Positions 46,238 through 58,382 of a stretch of DNA of 64,000 nucleotides are shown here, piece after piece. Position numbers and translations under genes: made by a program. Source of the DNA: Podarcis gaigeae. Taxonomy: Eukaryota. The stretch lies in NCBI GenBank assembly GCA_964106915.2, contig OZ066919.1; one strand, written 5' to 3'. Position 1 is the stretch's first letter. The number at the start of each line of letters is the position of its first letter. Under the pieces are notes generated by a model, which had not been told where the DNA came from, searched no databases, and saw only the letters and a list, made by a program, of their open reading frames with translations.

Positions 46238-49200
46238 AGGCCATTTTAGTCTTGCCCAAAAGCTGGCAGGGAGAGACTGCTTAAAACAGAGAAAGTCCCA
46301 CGCTGCCCTGCATACCCAGGGAAGGGAACCTCCGGCGTGAGGGCCAAATGTGGCCCATCAGGTCTCTCTGTGTGGCCCTTGGACCTCTTCGCAGGCCACA
46401 CCCCTGGAGTGTTTTGGGGGGTGGGGTAGAAGGGGTCCTGGTACCCTGACATGGCCTCTTGCTTCCTGCAGGGAGGAAAGAAAGAAATGTGTGTGGAGCA
46501 ACTGGCCACCTGTATCAAAGGAAACCTTTCTAGTCCTTGCTGGAGCCACTTTTGTCTCTGTCCAGCCCTGCGCACCGTGGGAAGTTTGCCCAGATGGGAA
46601 CAGAGCCCTTGGACTGAAACAGCCTCCCCATCCCCACCCCAAAAACGATTAAGGAAGGCAGTAATGAGCAATGGATTCCTGCTGTCCATCGCCCCTTTCT
46701 CACGTCTCATGGGTTGGCCCCAGACAAGCCTCCCAGGCTAGAGAGTCCTTGGTAGTCCGTGTTGCCTGTCCAGGAGCCCAGGTCCCTAAGGCAGAAGTGC
46801 CTGGGAAGAAACGGTTGGTGCTGAGCCTGAAAAGCTAGCTGCCCCCACGCCAAGTGGGTGAACTGGTGGACTTTAGTGGAGAAGGAAACTTACTGTTGTG
46901 GCTCCCACTTGATGGAGAACTCAAACTCAGGTCCGGGTTTCTACCCAAATCATTAATGTTCAGATGGCTGCAAGACATGCGCAAGACACAGCTCAAAGGC
47001 TGCACAAGGAAAAGCATTGCTGCTCATTTGACCAAAGCTGGTAGGTGTTGATAGTTAGCAGACCGGGCAATAGGCAGCCTTATCTTTCTAGTTTACAGGA
47101 TGGCAGCTTATCTATTATAAGTAATACACAGGTATTTACTATAGGTTTTGAGAAAGCCATGTTGATTCATGCAGTCTTCTATAAAAGGAATTTTAGAAAT
47201 CTTTTTGTACAATTGTGCAAGATCTATAATAAAACAAGTGGTGACTGTGTAATGCTTTGAGTCAAGCATATATGTTTGCCCAGCTTCCATCAAGAGAATT
47301 CATCTCTCCTTGTCTCTCCAGCTGATACTTCAGCTTCAGCATAAAGCGCCCAGGGGTCTCATCATGTTCCTGAGGGGCAGAGAAAGGGATTCAAATCAGT
47401 CCTGAGCCTCTTACTGTTTTTTCTTTTTCCAAGGCTCCAAGTCTGTGTACACATTGCTGACTTAAAACACAGCCAGCTCATTCTTTTTCTCAGTTCAGAT
47501 TGAAGTTGGTTTGCAGGAAACACATCAAAATGCAGTATTTCATAAGAAATGACAGGATAGATGGGGATTTCAGCTCAAGAGTCTCCTGCAATATTGGAGA
47601 GGTTGGGGGGACAGCAAGAGTCAGTAAGTGGGGATTTCCTGCTGCAGGGAAGCTCTTGGCTTGTCTCTTCTTGCTGCTGTTTCACCAAAGCTCAATGCCG
47701 CAGGGCTTCCTCTTGATCTCAGACTTGGGCCCATTTATTCTTTCCCATAGAGACTCCTGTTCTATTTTCTGTGATAGATTTGCTGGCGGACGACAGCATG
47801 TGCCATGTTGGGAGCTGAACCGAAGAATGAAGTCCTGTGAAAGTGTCGCCTGCGTGGTTATGGGGGCACGTCAGTTGAATACAATAAGCTTAGGCACATC
47901 TAACTTGTGCACATTCAGTTTTACATGCCTGGCAAAAGAATTAAACAGAGGACAAGCATCCAGGGGCAAAAGACTTTGGCCTGCCTATGTGCCCTTGAGC
48001 CCAGTGTGTGTTTTGACTACTGTATATGCAGTTTTGACTTTAGGTGTGATCCCTAGAACGTGACCCCCCCCCATCAGTTGTGGGCTCATTGTGCTGCAGC
48101 TGCAGAGCCCGAGTTCTGCCAGATTCTCAGAGGAAGGGAGATGAAAGACGGGTACACTAAGACCCAGAGGTATTGAGAGCATTGCAGCAGATGCAAAGCA
48201 TATAAACAAGGAACGACATTTTGCATGGGCAGGAGTAGCAGTGCTGCTCACTGAGTTTCAAAGCATTCAGCCTAAAGAGAAGTAACTGCCAGTGCAGGCC
48301 CTGGGAAAGTGAGTGCTTTCCGCCTTTTTAGAAATGCTGTGTAAGGGCAATCTGGCATGTTCTGTTCCTCGGGGGAAGGACCACTGCTGCTCTGCAAACA
48401 TTGGCAGCTGCTCCAGATGAACGTGATGACGACAGAGTCAGGAGAAAGTCCAAGGTAACTGCAAACAGACAGTGGGACAAAGCTCAGCCTCAAACAAGCA
48501 TGTTTTCATCTGGCTTCAGTTCTTCACACACACACACAGGCCAGGGGTCCAGTTTCCTGCCAATTTACCCAGTGGGTTATTCTGCCACAGGCAGGTTCCC
48601 ATGCCGTCTCCCCAATGAAATCAATGGAGGCTGCAGTATAGGTGAGGGAGTACAGGGCTGTTGAAGAACATCTGTCACTCACTCTCTGTCATAGAGAAGC
48701 CATTAATGTTAACTAAGTAGGTTATGCAGTAGCTTGGCTGGTTTTCTCATAAAAGCGTTCTCTTCTGAACTCTAGCAGACTCCTCATGCAGCTGAGCCTC
48801 ATGATCAGGCAGAACTTCGAGTAGCTTCTGAAATCTTTGAGCTTCTCACCACTTCTGAGGGCCATGGCACTCCTGAAAATATCCATGGTTTCCACCTCCC
48901 ATTTGGGTTTTTTCAGTGCCCCAGTGCTGCACTAGCATGGGGGGGGGGGATGTTTTTCTGTACAACTGCAGGTTAAAGAAAATCTCAAACTATATTGATC
49001 CTTGTCTTAAAAATATATTTTAAAGGTTTCCAGGCCAAAAAGGATTGCTGGAGAAAGGGTCTAGGGGAGGTGTTTCAGATGCCCACCCCTGGAGCGCAGG
49101 CCCACCGTTACCCACAAAGGAGGAGAGCCGGGGGGGGGCTCTCTGCTGAAGGCTCCCTCCCAATCCAGAGCCTACCCTCTCACTCCTCAGTACTCACCCC

Positions 49201-50048
49201 CAGGATTTTTATCCCCCCTCCTGATTTCAATTGTTGGGAAAACTTTGCTAGCCTGTGTCATTCTGCACTAGCAGAAGACTCAAAGGCAGCCCCATAGAGT
49301 CCATCCATAATCATTCTTTCTGATTGTTTTTTAATGCATTACTGTGTTTGTATCTTATATGTTGTAAGCCTCATTGACTGTACTCTATACATAAAGTTGA
49401 GATATCAATTAATAAATTAAACCTTGACATGAAAGAGAATATTTGAAACAGGGTAGTAACTACTCAACCCAAAGGGACAGAGACAGACAGACAGAAGGAG
49501 AGAGAGTTGGAAAATGGTCTCCTTTGCCTCTAACATCTAATTGGGTTGTGCATGTCCTTCAGTAGATGTCGTGGTTTGCCAGGAATTTTCTATGTGACAA
49601 ATATTGTTAGCCAGGGAACAAAAATATTATTATGTGTCTGAATCTAAAATGTTTATTAATCTTATTACAAAGTTTTTAATGATAAAATAATAGCCCAATT
49701 CTGAACATGTCTGCTTACATAACAGAATCAGCCGCTAGGTGGCAATAAAGGTTTAGTAGGAGAAGCAGTTCATCATCCGAGATGAAGAGGGATTTGCTGT
49801 CCTCCTTCGAGAGACAATGGGGACAATGGAGCCGTTCCGGGGTGTGGCTGCTGTGGCTGCAGACAGCTTCTAGGAGCTGCGTGCAGAATGGGGATCCAAG
49901 GTGGGCAAACTGTTGCAGAAGGAGCACAAGGAGTCCCCCACCAGAGGCCCTGGCCCTCCGCTAACTCCCCACATACACCCCAGATACGGCTTTCACATCT
50001 CCACCCGAACAGATCCATGGACGAAAGTAGGTTGCAGAATACCTAGTA

Positions 50049-50290
50049 CAGGGCAGGCGACCTAAGGCCCGTGGCTGAATCGCCTTCTCAATCTGGCCCA
50101 GGGACGGTCCGGGAACCAGCGTGTTTTTACATGAGTAGAATGTGTCCTTTTATTTAAAATGCATCTCTGGGTTATTTGTGGGGCATAGGAATTCGTTCAT
50201 CCCCCCCCCCCAAAAAAATATAGTCTGGCCCACCACATGGTCTGAGGGACAGTGGACCGGCCCACGGCTGAAAAATGTTGCTGACCCCTG
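50049..50290. mobile_element. hAT (Charlie-like) non-autonomous DNA transposon
   Basis: CAGGG...CCCTG termini; 8-bp TSD ACCTAGTA/ACCTAGTG; subterminal GGCCC motifs. Confidence 0.85.
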
Positions 50291-50749
50291 ACCTAGTGGT
50301 TGAGACTGAAGGCAACAAAGCTACCTCTTCACTGTCCATGCCTTCCAGGAGGATCTCCCCATTTTGTCTGCAGACGGTGGAATTCCCAGTTCCACTCCCC
50401 AGCATCGCCTACTAAATAATCCCAGGCTATACTGGGAAAGGTTTAGAATGCTCAGAAGAGTCACATGTAGGAACGCGGCGTGAGAATCCAAGACACTGTG
50501 ATGCGAAGAAATGGACCACAATCTACTGCGCCACATCTCCCAGGCTCCTCTGTCTTCTCCCATGCCTCCAGGGCCTGCCCACTCCACTTTGCCACCTGAA
50601 GTGAAACAGGAATGTGCCCCCTGCCCCCCCCTTGCTGAAACTTGGCAAAAGGAGAGCAAGCCATTGTCACTTATCTTCTCACAACAATGCTGCATGGAGG
50701 GGGGGGGAGGTTCTAGTGGCAGCAGAAGCAGTGGGGCAGCCAGGGGACC

Positions 50750-51545
50750 ACTGGCTGACTAGCAGTATATGTGAAAAGGACCTTGGGGTCTTGGTGGACT
50801 GCAAGCTGAACATGAGTCCATTGTGTGATGAAGCAGCAAAAAAAGCAAATGCTATTCTAGGCTGCATCAGCAGAAGTCTAGTGTCCAGATCAAGGGAAGT
50901 CATAGAACTGCTCGATTCTGCCTTGGTCAGACAAACATCTGGAATACTGTGTTCAGTTCTGGACACCACAATTTAAGAAGGCTGTTACATGGGTGTAGCC
51001 AGGATTTATGTTGGGAGGGGGCAGAACCGAGTTATCTGTGTCACAATTGTTCAGTTAATTCAGTATTTTTATTTATTTACTTCATGAGGGGCAGCTTCCC
51101 CCCCCCACTTACACCCATGGATGTTGACAAGCTGGAACGTATGTAGAGAAGGGCGACCGAGATGATGAAGCCTGATGAGGAACGGTTGAAGGAGCTGGCT
51201 ATGCTCAGCCTGGAGGAGACTGAGAGGAGAGAGGAGAGCCACCTTCCAATATTGTATCTGAAGAGCTGTCACATGGAAGAGGGAACATGCTTGTTTTCTC
51301 CTTCTCTGGTGCGTAGGACTCGAACCCATGGCTTCAGGTTACAAGAAAGGAGATTCCAACTCAACATCAGGAAGAACTTTTTGTCTGTAAGGGTTGTTTA
51401 ACAGTGGGATGGAAGGGGGTGGACTCCCCTTCCTCGAAGCAGAGGTTGGGTGGCCCTCCGTCAGGGTCGCTTTAGCTGAGATTCCGGCATCGCACGGGGT
51501 TGGACTAGATGACCCTTGGATCCCTTCCAATTCTACCATTCTCTG
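50750..51545 (+). mobile_element. CR1 LINE 3' fragment with a nested MITE (50988-51119)
   Basis: [31 protein letters not shown]; RFQLNIRKNFLSVR; CR1 tail; insert with CATGGGTGTA/TACACCCATG TIRs. Confidence 0.88.
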
Positions 51546-51759
51546 ATGCCATGATTCTCCCACAGACAAATGTGCTGGCAAGCTTCTATACCAGCAGTGG
51601 CTGCAGATGTAAAATGGTTATTTTTTACTTCTCAAGTGGGAAATCGTATTAAAGGTACCAAAGACCAAAACCATAAATGTGTTTTGTTTGTTTGTTTGTT
51701 GTATTCTCATGTCCTCACGTGGCTGCTGCAAAACCTTCTGTGCCGGCACAGGAAACTCC

Positions 51760-52420
51760 TTTCTGGAGGCGCCCCGTGACGGATGCAGCGCCCGGCTCGT
51801 TTTCTGCGGCTGCTCCGAAGGTTTCCTCTGTCTCTCGGAAGAGATGCGCTCCTTTTCTCGGTCCTCCTTGCGGCAGCCCCTTCGTTCCGCCGAGACGGCG
51901 CCGCGGCTGCGCGCGGGTCAGCTGGAGGCGGCTCCGGGAGCGCGCGGCTCGGCGACGGCATCCCGGAGGGAGCAGGTACGCGCCGTCGCGGGGAGGCGGC
52001 TCGGGGTCGCGGCGCGCCGGAGGGTGGGAGGCCGCGGAGGGAAGGCGGCGGCGGCGGCCTGGGGGCGCCCCGGGCCTGGGGCGGCGCAGCTCCAGCGCGC
52101 AGCGGGCCAGACAGCGCAGCCCCGGGGGCCGGGGCCTTGCTCGAGGGCAGAGGGCGCCCCGGGGAGGAAGCGGGCGGCCTTGGGCAGCCTCGGCCTGGCG
52201 CCGCCCGGAGGGTCGTGTGGTACAATGGTCATTGCCAGCGCCTCTTCTTCTCGGGCTGCTGCGCGCTCCCTTTCCGCGGAGGCTCTTTGCTGCGCCCGCG
52301 CGCCAGGGGGATCCCGAGAGGGGCGCACGGGGATGGTGGCCTCTTACCCCGCTCCGCCTCTTCCCGGGGCTTCTGCTCCCGGGCGGCGGCGGCGGCGGCG
52401 GCGGCGGCGTGTGAACCTGA
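51760..52420 (+). promoter_or_regulatory. CpG island, probable PDE4DIP distal promoter and first exon
   Basis: Very CpG-rich with a (GGC)n tract; candidate donor GCAG|GTACGC at 51975; the next recognisable + strand exons belong to PDE4DIP. Confidence 0.65.
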
Positions 52421-52879
52421 AAGAAAATCCCTGGAAGCGCCCAAGCTGGTACCCGGCTTCATGACCCCGTTTCACAGGCACAGCCAGATGGTTGCTGGTT
52501 TGGGGTGGGATTCACCCACATCCCGGCACAGTGGAAGTTGACTGCAGGCTCTTATACAACAAACCCCCTTCCCCTCATAATCAGACTTTTTTCAATAAGG
52601 AGATGGACGAGAAAATGCCCTGGAAAGTGCGGGGTAATAGTTGCTCAAGGCAGAATCTGACCTCCCTGCAAACAAATCAGAATGTTGTTGGCATCCATCT
52701 GTCTGGAGAGACAAGGGAGTGCAAGCCTGGGGACAGTGTCTGGAGGTCCTGGGCTGCCCGGATGGCAAACCCCCTCTCTCAGCCTCGCTGATGGGGCCCA
52801 AAGGAGAGCGGAGAAGGATGTTTGGCCCCAGGTGAACTGCAGGGGTTGCTGGAAGGAGGCCTACAGGGAGCCATCTAAC

Positions 52880-53900
52880 CGTCTTAGGGCCTCCGCTCCA
52901 GTTTTGTGTAGGGTTGACCCCTGAGCGTTTCTTCTCCTGGAGATGTCCTGCAAGGCAGCAAAGGTTTAAGGTCAGAGGGTTCTTTCTCCTAGATCTGCTC
53001 CTCACTTCCCTCTACAGCATGTGCAGAAACCACCTTCTTGACTGTTGGGTCCTCTCTTGGCCGTCATGGAAACCCCTAACTCACCAAGGGTTTCAGACCC
53101 CTCAACTCCCCTCAACTGCTTCAGCAGGCCAGTCAATGCCATTTCCCGGGGTGTGTCCGCTGTCTTGTGCCGACAGCTTCTAGGAACCACAGGTGAGAGT
53201 TGAGTGCTGGGTGGGCACCAAAGGTGGACAAACTCTCTGCAGACTTTGTGGAAACAAATCAGACCAGTGCTTGGAGGCATTGATGTCCTGGATGTGGGCA
53301 ATATGTTGAAGCTGAATCCTGAAAAGATGGAGGTCTTTAGTGTCCCAGGAAGTGGAGAGACATCCGGTCATGGACAGGGTTGCACTCCCTTGGATGGAAT
53401 AGATTCACAGCTTGGGGGTGTTGCTGGATTCAGCTGGTGGCCTTGGTGACTAGGAGGGCCTTTTTCGAGCTCTGACTGCTTCACCATCTCTTGCCCCTTT
53501 TAGAAAGACGTGGCTGTGGTGACGCCATGCTCTGGTAACTTCCAGAATAGATTGTTGCAATGCTCTATACAAGAAAGGAGAGTCCAACTGAAGATCCGGA
53601 AGAGCTTTCTGGTGGTACTGTTTAGAGGTTGTGGGCTCTCCTGTAGTTGAGATGCCTGCATCACAGAGGGTTGGACCAGCTGAGCTGCTTGGATCCCCTC
53701 CCACCTTACAATTCTATGATTCTATGACTCCTTTCCCCTTATACCCCACCTTTCCTCCAAAGTGCTCAAGGCGGCCCTCCTGGTTTCCCATTTCCCATGT
53801 TATCCCCACAATGACCCTGTGAGGTAGGTGAGGCTGAGAGACAATGACTGGCCAAAGGCCTCACTTGAGGGCCAAGCCGTGGCTTTTACCCTGTTCTCCC
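52880..53900. mobile_element. Cluster of decayed repeats: L2 RT fragment (+), CR1 tail (+), CORE-SINE (-)
   Basis: DQCLEALMSWM..LKLNPEKME (L2-like, frameshifted); ATTCTATGATTCTATG tail at about 53711-53727; CCCTGTGAGGTAGG core. Confidence 0.6.
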
Positions 53901-56900
53901 AGATCCAATAAATGTCCCACAATGTTACTCCATATTCTGGAAAGTAGGTCTAGAAGTGAAGAAGCAGGGGGACCTTTTCTCATAGCTCTGGGCGTTTATG
54001 GCAACCCTTGTTAACAGTTCTGGGTGGCAACTTTCCCCTTTCCACCACCCCTGCCTATATGACCTCCTAGTTGCCCTACCAGGTCCAGCACCACCAGCTG
54101 CCGCTGTTATTTCCCCTTTTAAGCCAGAAGGGAGCCTGGAAGGAAAGGGTTAAGCAACCCCGCCCTCATGGTCCCTCCACCCCAAATTTCAGCCTGTGCT
54201 GCTAATTTTCAGGGAGACTGATTCACTTATCTTCTCCCATGGAGCAGCTATTTTGTGCCCCCCAGTCACTTTCTGAGGATGCAACTTCACTAATGGTCTT
54301 CTGCCCTTTGAAATCTCACTTAGCCTGTAATGCTTCTGAGGTTCAGGGCGGGACCACAGGAGCCATAAATGCAGCTGAGAGTGAGAAGACCCCTTCCCCA
54401 GAGCCCAGAGGAGCAGCTGTCTCTCTGCAGAGGACAAGAGGGCAGGGAAAGAGTAGTGGCAGGCTTCATCTGATATTTTCTAAAAGGATCCTCTCCACAC
54501 TGGGGCTCTTGGCAGCAGTCTTTAAAGCTGAATCTACCAGGAGCTGAATAATTCAGCCTGCTCATCCAGGGCTTTCTGGGATGTTAAAGTGGTCAAAAGC
54601 CCCTTGGCCAGTCAGTGCCCAGCCGTTTGGCCTTAGATAAAGCAGGAAGAGCCTTTTCCCGCCTGACCCAAGGAGCTGCCTGCTGCTTTCTCCACCTCTG
54701 CCTGCCTGGGCTCCCCCTCCACGGGGCTGCTGACTCCACGGTGCCAGGCAGTCGCTGGGAAGGCTCAGCCTCTGGATTCTGCAGGCAGCACGTCCTTCCC
54801 TTCCAGGCTGCATGCCTGTGTGTGTTGCTGAAGGGGGCAGTTGTTGCTTCAGGCTTCCCTCCCCCTTAGTTTCTTGCAAGAAGAAAGTCCTGTGCAAAGG
54901 GAGGGCCTCACGGTGAGCCAGGCAGGTCTGGCGGGAAGCCCTTTCTCCATGTCTTCTTCCTGGCTCAACACCAGTCCATGACCTGAGCCAAAGGGGGCTG
55001 GCAGAAGGGGTAAGTAGGGCTTTCCCCATTTGTGATAATAGACATTGGTGTGCTTTGTGGGCTTCTTCCAGCTTGTGCCCTTTAGGGTTCCCTGCAGTGA
55101 GTGGGCATCTCTTACTGGGTTGCACAACTCTCTTCCCTTGTGGCCTGAGCTGCTGGCACTGTGACTCTTAATGCCCGACAGTCACAGAAGAGCATCTGCC
55201 TTGGGACAGCTGGCTTGTACTCTTCTTTGCCCTGGCGCAGCCCACCCCTGCATTTCAAGCCCCCTGGAACAGCGGCAGGGAGCATCCAGGGATTGCTTGC
55301 ACCCCAGAGAGGAGGCTTTGGGCTGGGCTCTGCTGGAGAAGGGCCCCACTTGCTGGGGGATGAGGAGGCGTCAGAGGCGGCCTTTGAACCAAGTGAAGGA
55401 ACACAGCTGGAGGCAAGGCTTTTCTTCCAGGGGTGCTTTGCCCATTTCTTCAGGGAGAAAGATTCACCAGCCCCACCCAGAGTGAAACTCCCTCCTCACA
55501 GTGAAGGCACAGAATGAAAAAGCTTATTTGTGACCCCCCAAAAAAACCTTCACCTGTGAAGCAGGGGCCCATTCAGTCACCCCCAAGGACAGGAAGGCGG
55601 CTTGGATGCTGCTTAGCACTCTCAGCTGCTCTAATTTTTTTTTTCTGTGCTTACCCTTTGTTTTTAGTGTATAGATTGTTGTGAGCTGTCTCGTAGACAT
55701 TTAAGTGGAAAGTAGTTGGAAATGCTAAAATAATAATTAAATACTGTTCATATGGCAGGCAGCATTTTATCAAGTAAACTGTAAAGGATGTTCATTTTAT
55801 TATGTGCCATAAGCTTTAAATCCTTATTGGCAACTTTTTTTGCTGAACTGTTGAGCCTCCATGCTATATTTATGTATTTGATTCTCATCTATAAGTAATA
55901 AATCAGTCCTGTTCTTTTTCAGTTTAATTTAATCTTATCTTATTGTCATTCCATTTCTTCATTCTATGATAAATATTTTTTTTTGCCTGTCAACTCCATC
56001 CCCATGCTTATTTTATATTTTATAATAACTTTGATATGTATTGGCTCCTCCTCCTTTATTAAAGTGATTCATTCATGAAAACATGGAATGGCATCAAAAT
56101 TGGGACTGACCCAGTAAAGTCTGATGGGGTTATATTTGGGGCCGGGGGGAGGGCATTGGTTACAGTTCTCAGGTGCAAAGGAGAAGAAGATCTGGGCCTT
56201 GTGCTGAGAACAGTTCTATAAAAGAGGGGGTTGGGACAGGTGTATGACAAGGCACACCATCCCAAATTCCCTCTTCTACAACTGGTAAGAACCTCTTTAT
56301 TGTTTATGTCTGGTTATCCTGTAGGTTATTTGTATTTCTTCTGTGTGGTTTTTCAAAAGTGTCACATTTTCTCCAGGATGCTTGCAGGTTTTTCAAAACA
56401 ATGATAAAAGAAACTTAGCTGCAGTATATATCAAAGACTGCGGGGGGGGGGATGTCAGTGTAGTTAATAAGAAGAGTCAAGGAAGCTGTTTGCAGCACCT
56501 GTAAAAGGTCTTTCAGAAAATGGAAGTATTGTCCAAATAAAGAGAACAAAAAGGAGTACAAACTTTGCTCCCCCCAAAGTCGAAAATAAGGGGTGCATTT
56601 TAATATATATATATTAAGTATATAGAACAAACCTTTGCTGAAGAAGAATCAGCATGGCTTCTGCAAAAGTAGCTCCTGCCTCAGTACTCCGATTATATTA
56701 ATAAGAGTTCTTTGATTATATAAACAAGCACATGATTAAGGATGGTCTGGTAGACATTACACACTTGAGATTCCAAAGAAGCTGTGAGCAAGATCCCTCA
56801 CTGGTGGCTGCTGAGTCAACTTGGCAGTTGCAGGATAAGTGTTCAAGTCCTCCTGTGGTCCTAGAGCAGGTTAAATAGAGGAAGTAGAAGGTAGGAATAA

Positions 56901-57503
56901 ACAGGCAATTTTCCCAAAGAAGGGAAGTGGCCAGAGGGTCATGGGAGGCCTCTGATGTGGGAGGTCCTGTTGCCCATTCCTGGGAATGTGCTTGCGCCTT
57001 ATATGTAAGAAGGGAATACAGGATGTGAGCTGGGAAGGGTGATGTCATTCTGGCATTCTGTCATTGCCACATGTCCGTTGGTGTCTTCCATAGAAGGCTA
57101 ATGGAGGCTTGGTTGGTATGCAGGGACCTCGTCGTCAGGAAGGGACTCTCTGTTGTCCTTGCTACACTTGCTTTGGTTTCTGCAGCGATTGAGGTGATGG
57201 CTCTGCCACTAGCTGGCCATAGGACGGCATCTGTGTGGTGCTGATGTTAGTCCTGACATAATGGCTTGTAGCAGAAGGATAGGCTTGGTCTTCCTGATAT
57301 TTGGAAAAGAGGGCAGCTCTGCACAAGAATTTCAGAGGATGTGAGAAAGATAAAAAGGAAAGCCTCTTTGTACACAATAAAGCCCTCAATGATTCTTCAT
57401 TTTCCTATTACCTCTGTGCTTTCCTGTAACATCTAATATTTTTAAAGTATTGAAATACAAAATACACATAATTCCAGATTCTGCAGCATAACAAAATAAA
57501 ATT

Positions 57504-57904
57504 AGTTACAGGTAGGTAGCTGTGTTGGTTTGTCATAGTCAAAACAAAGTAAAAAAAAATCCTTCCAGTAGCACCTTAAAGGTAAAGGGACCCCTGACCA
57601 TTAGGTCCAGTCGTGACCGACTCTGGGGTTGTGGTGCTCATCTTGCTTTACTGGCCGAGGGAGCCGGCGTACAGCTTCCGGGTCATATGGCCAGCATGAC
57701 TAAGCCGCTTCTGGCGAACCAGAGCAGCACACGGAAATGCCATTTACCTTCCCGTCGGAGTGGTACCTATTTATCTACTTGCACTTTGACGTGCTTTCGA
57801 ATTGCTAGGTTGGCAGGTATCTGAAGAAGTGTGCATGCACACGAAAGCTCATACCAATAACAAACTTAGTTGGTCTCGAAGGAAGGAATTTTTAAATTTT
57901 GTTT
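57504..57904. mobile_element. Second palindromic Penelope-type pLTR element, disrupted by a Sauria SINE
   Basis: Reverse orientation of 4928-5165; TSD CAAAATAAAATT at 57492-57503 and 57905-57916; hammerhead motif at 57816-57855. Confidence 0.85.
57577..57817 (-). mobile_element. Sauria SINE, 5'-truncated, nested
   Basis: TAAAGGTAAAGGGACCCCTGAC...TGCTAGGTTGGCAGG; same subfamily as 27134-27488. Confidence 0.9.
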
Positions 57905-58382
57905 CAAAATAAAATTGTGAAACTGCATAAGTCCACATTTTCCTATTTGTGTAATGTATCACAGTTGCAGTGGGTGTGCTTTATGGAGCTATCCCATAAC
58001 AGTCAGCCTTCCTGACTTCTTTGCTCATGCCAACTCCGTAGTTTAATTTCCTCTGCAAGAAGGAGTCCTTCTGCCCTCCGTCACCTTACGATAAGGGAAG
58101 CCTGGCCATTGGGTTGCACAGAGTCATCTAGAAAAGGGTGAAGTATTCAGATCATGATCTAAGGGCTTCTCCCTGCCCTGCTTCACAAAATATGTCCCTA
58201 TTGATTGCAACCCGACCTCATTGGAGCATCTCTCCCCAGGGATGACTGCATTTCTCCTGCTTCCTTGGCAGCTAACTGCTCTTCTGTGAAAAACAGGGAA
58301 TTTGAGCGTCTAATGGAGCTAAATTGATTCTGCAGAAGGTGCCATCCTGACTTTCTCATCTGGCTGCTGACCTTTTGGCAGC

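Noticed and set aside
51677-52541. Long overlapping ORFs of 136-261 aa on both strands
   Set aside because: They are Ala/Gly/Arg/Pro-rich products of a stop-poor CpG island, with no recognisable domain.
54239-54547. ORF beginning MEQ as the first coding exon of PDE4DIP
   Set aside because: The similarity is limited to three residues, and I saw no suitable phase-2 donor.
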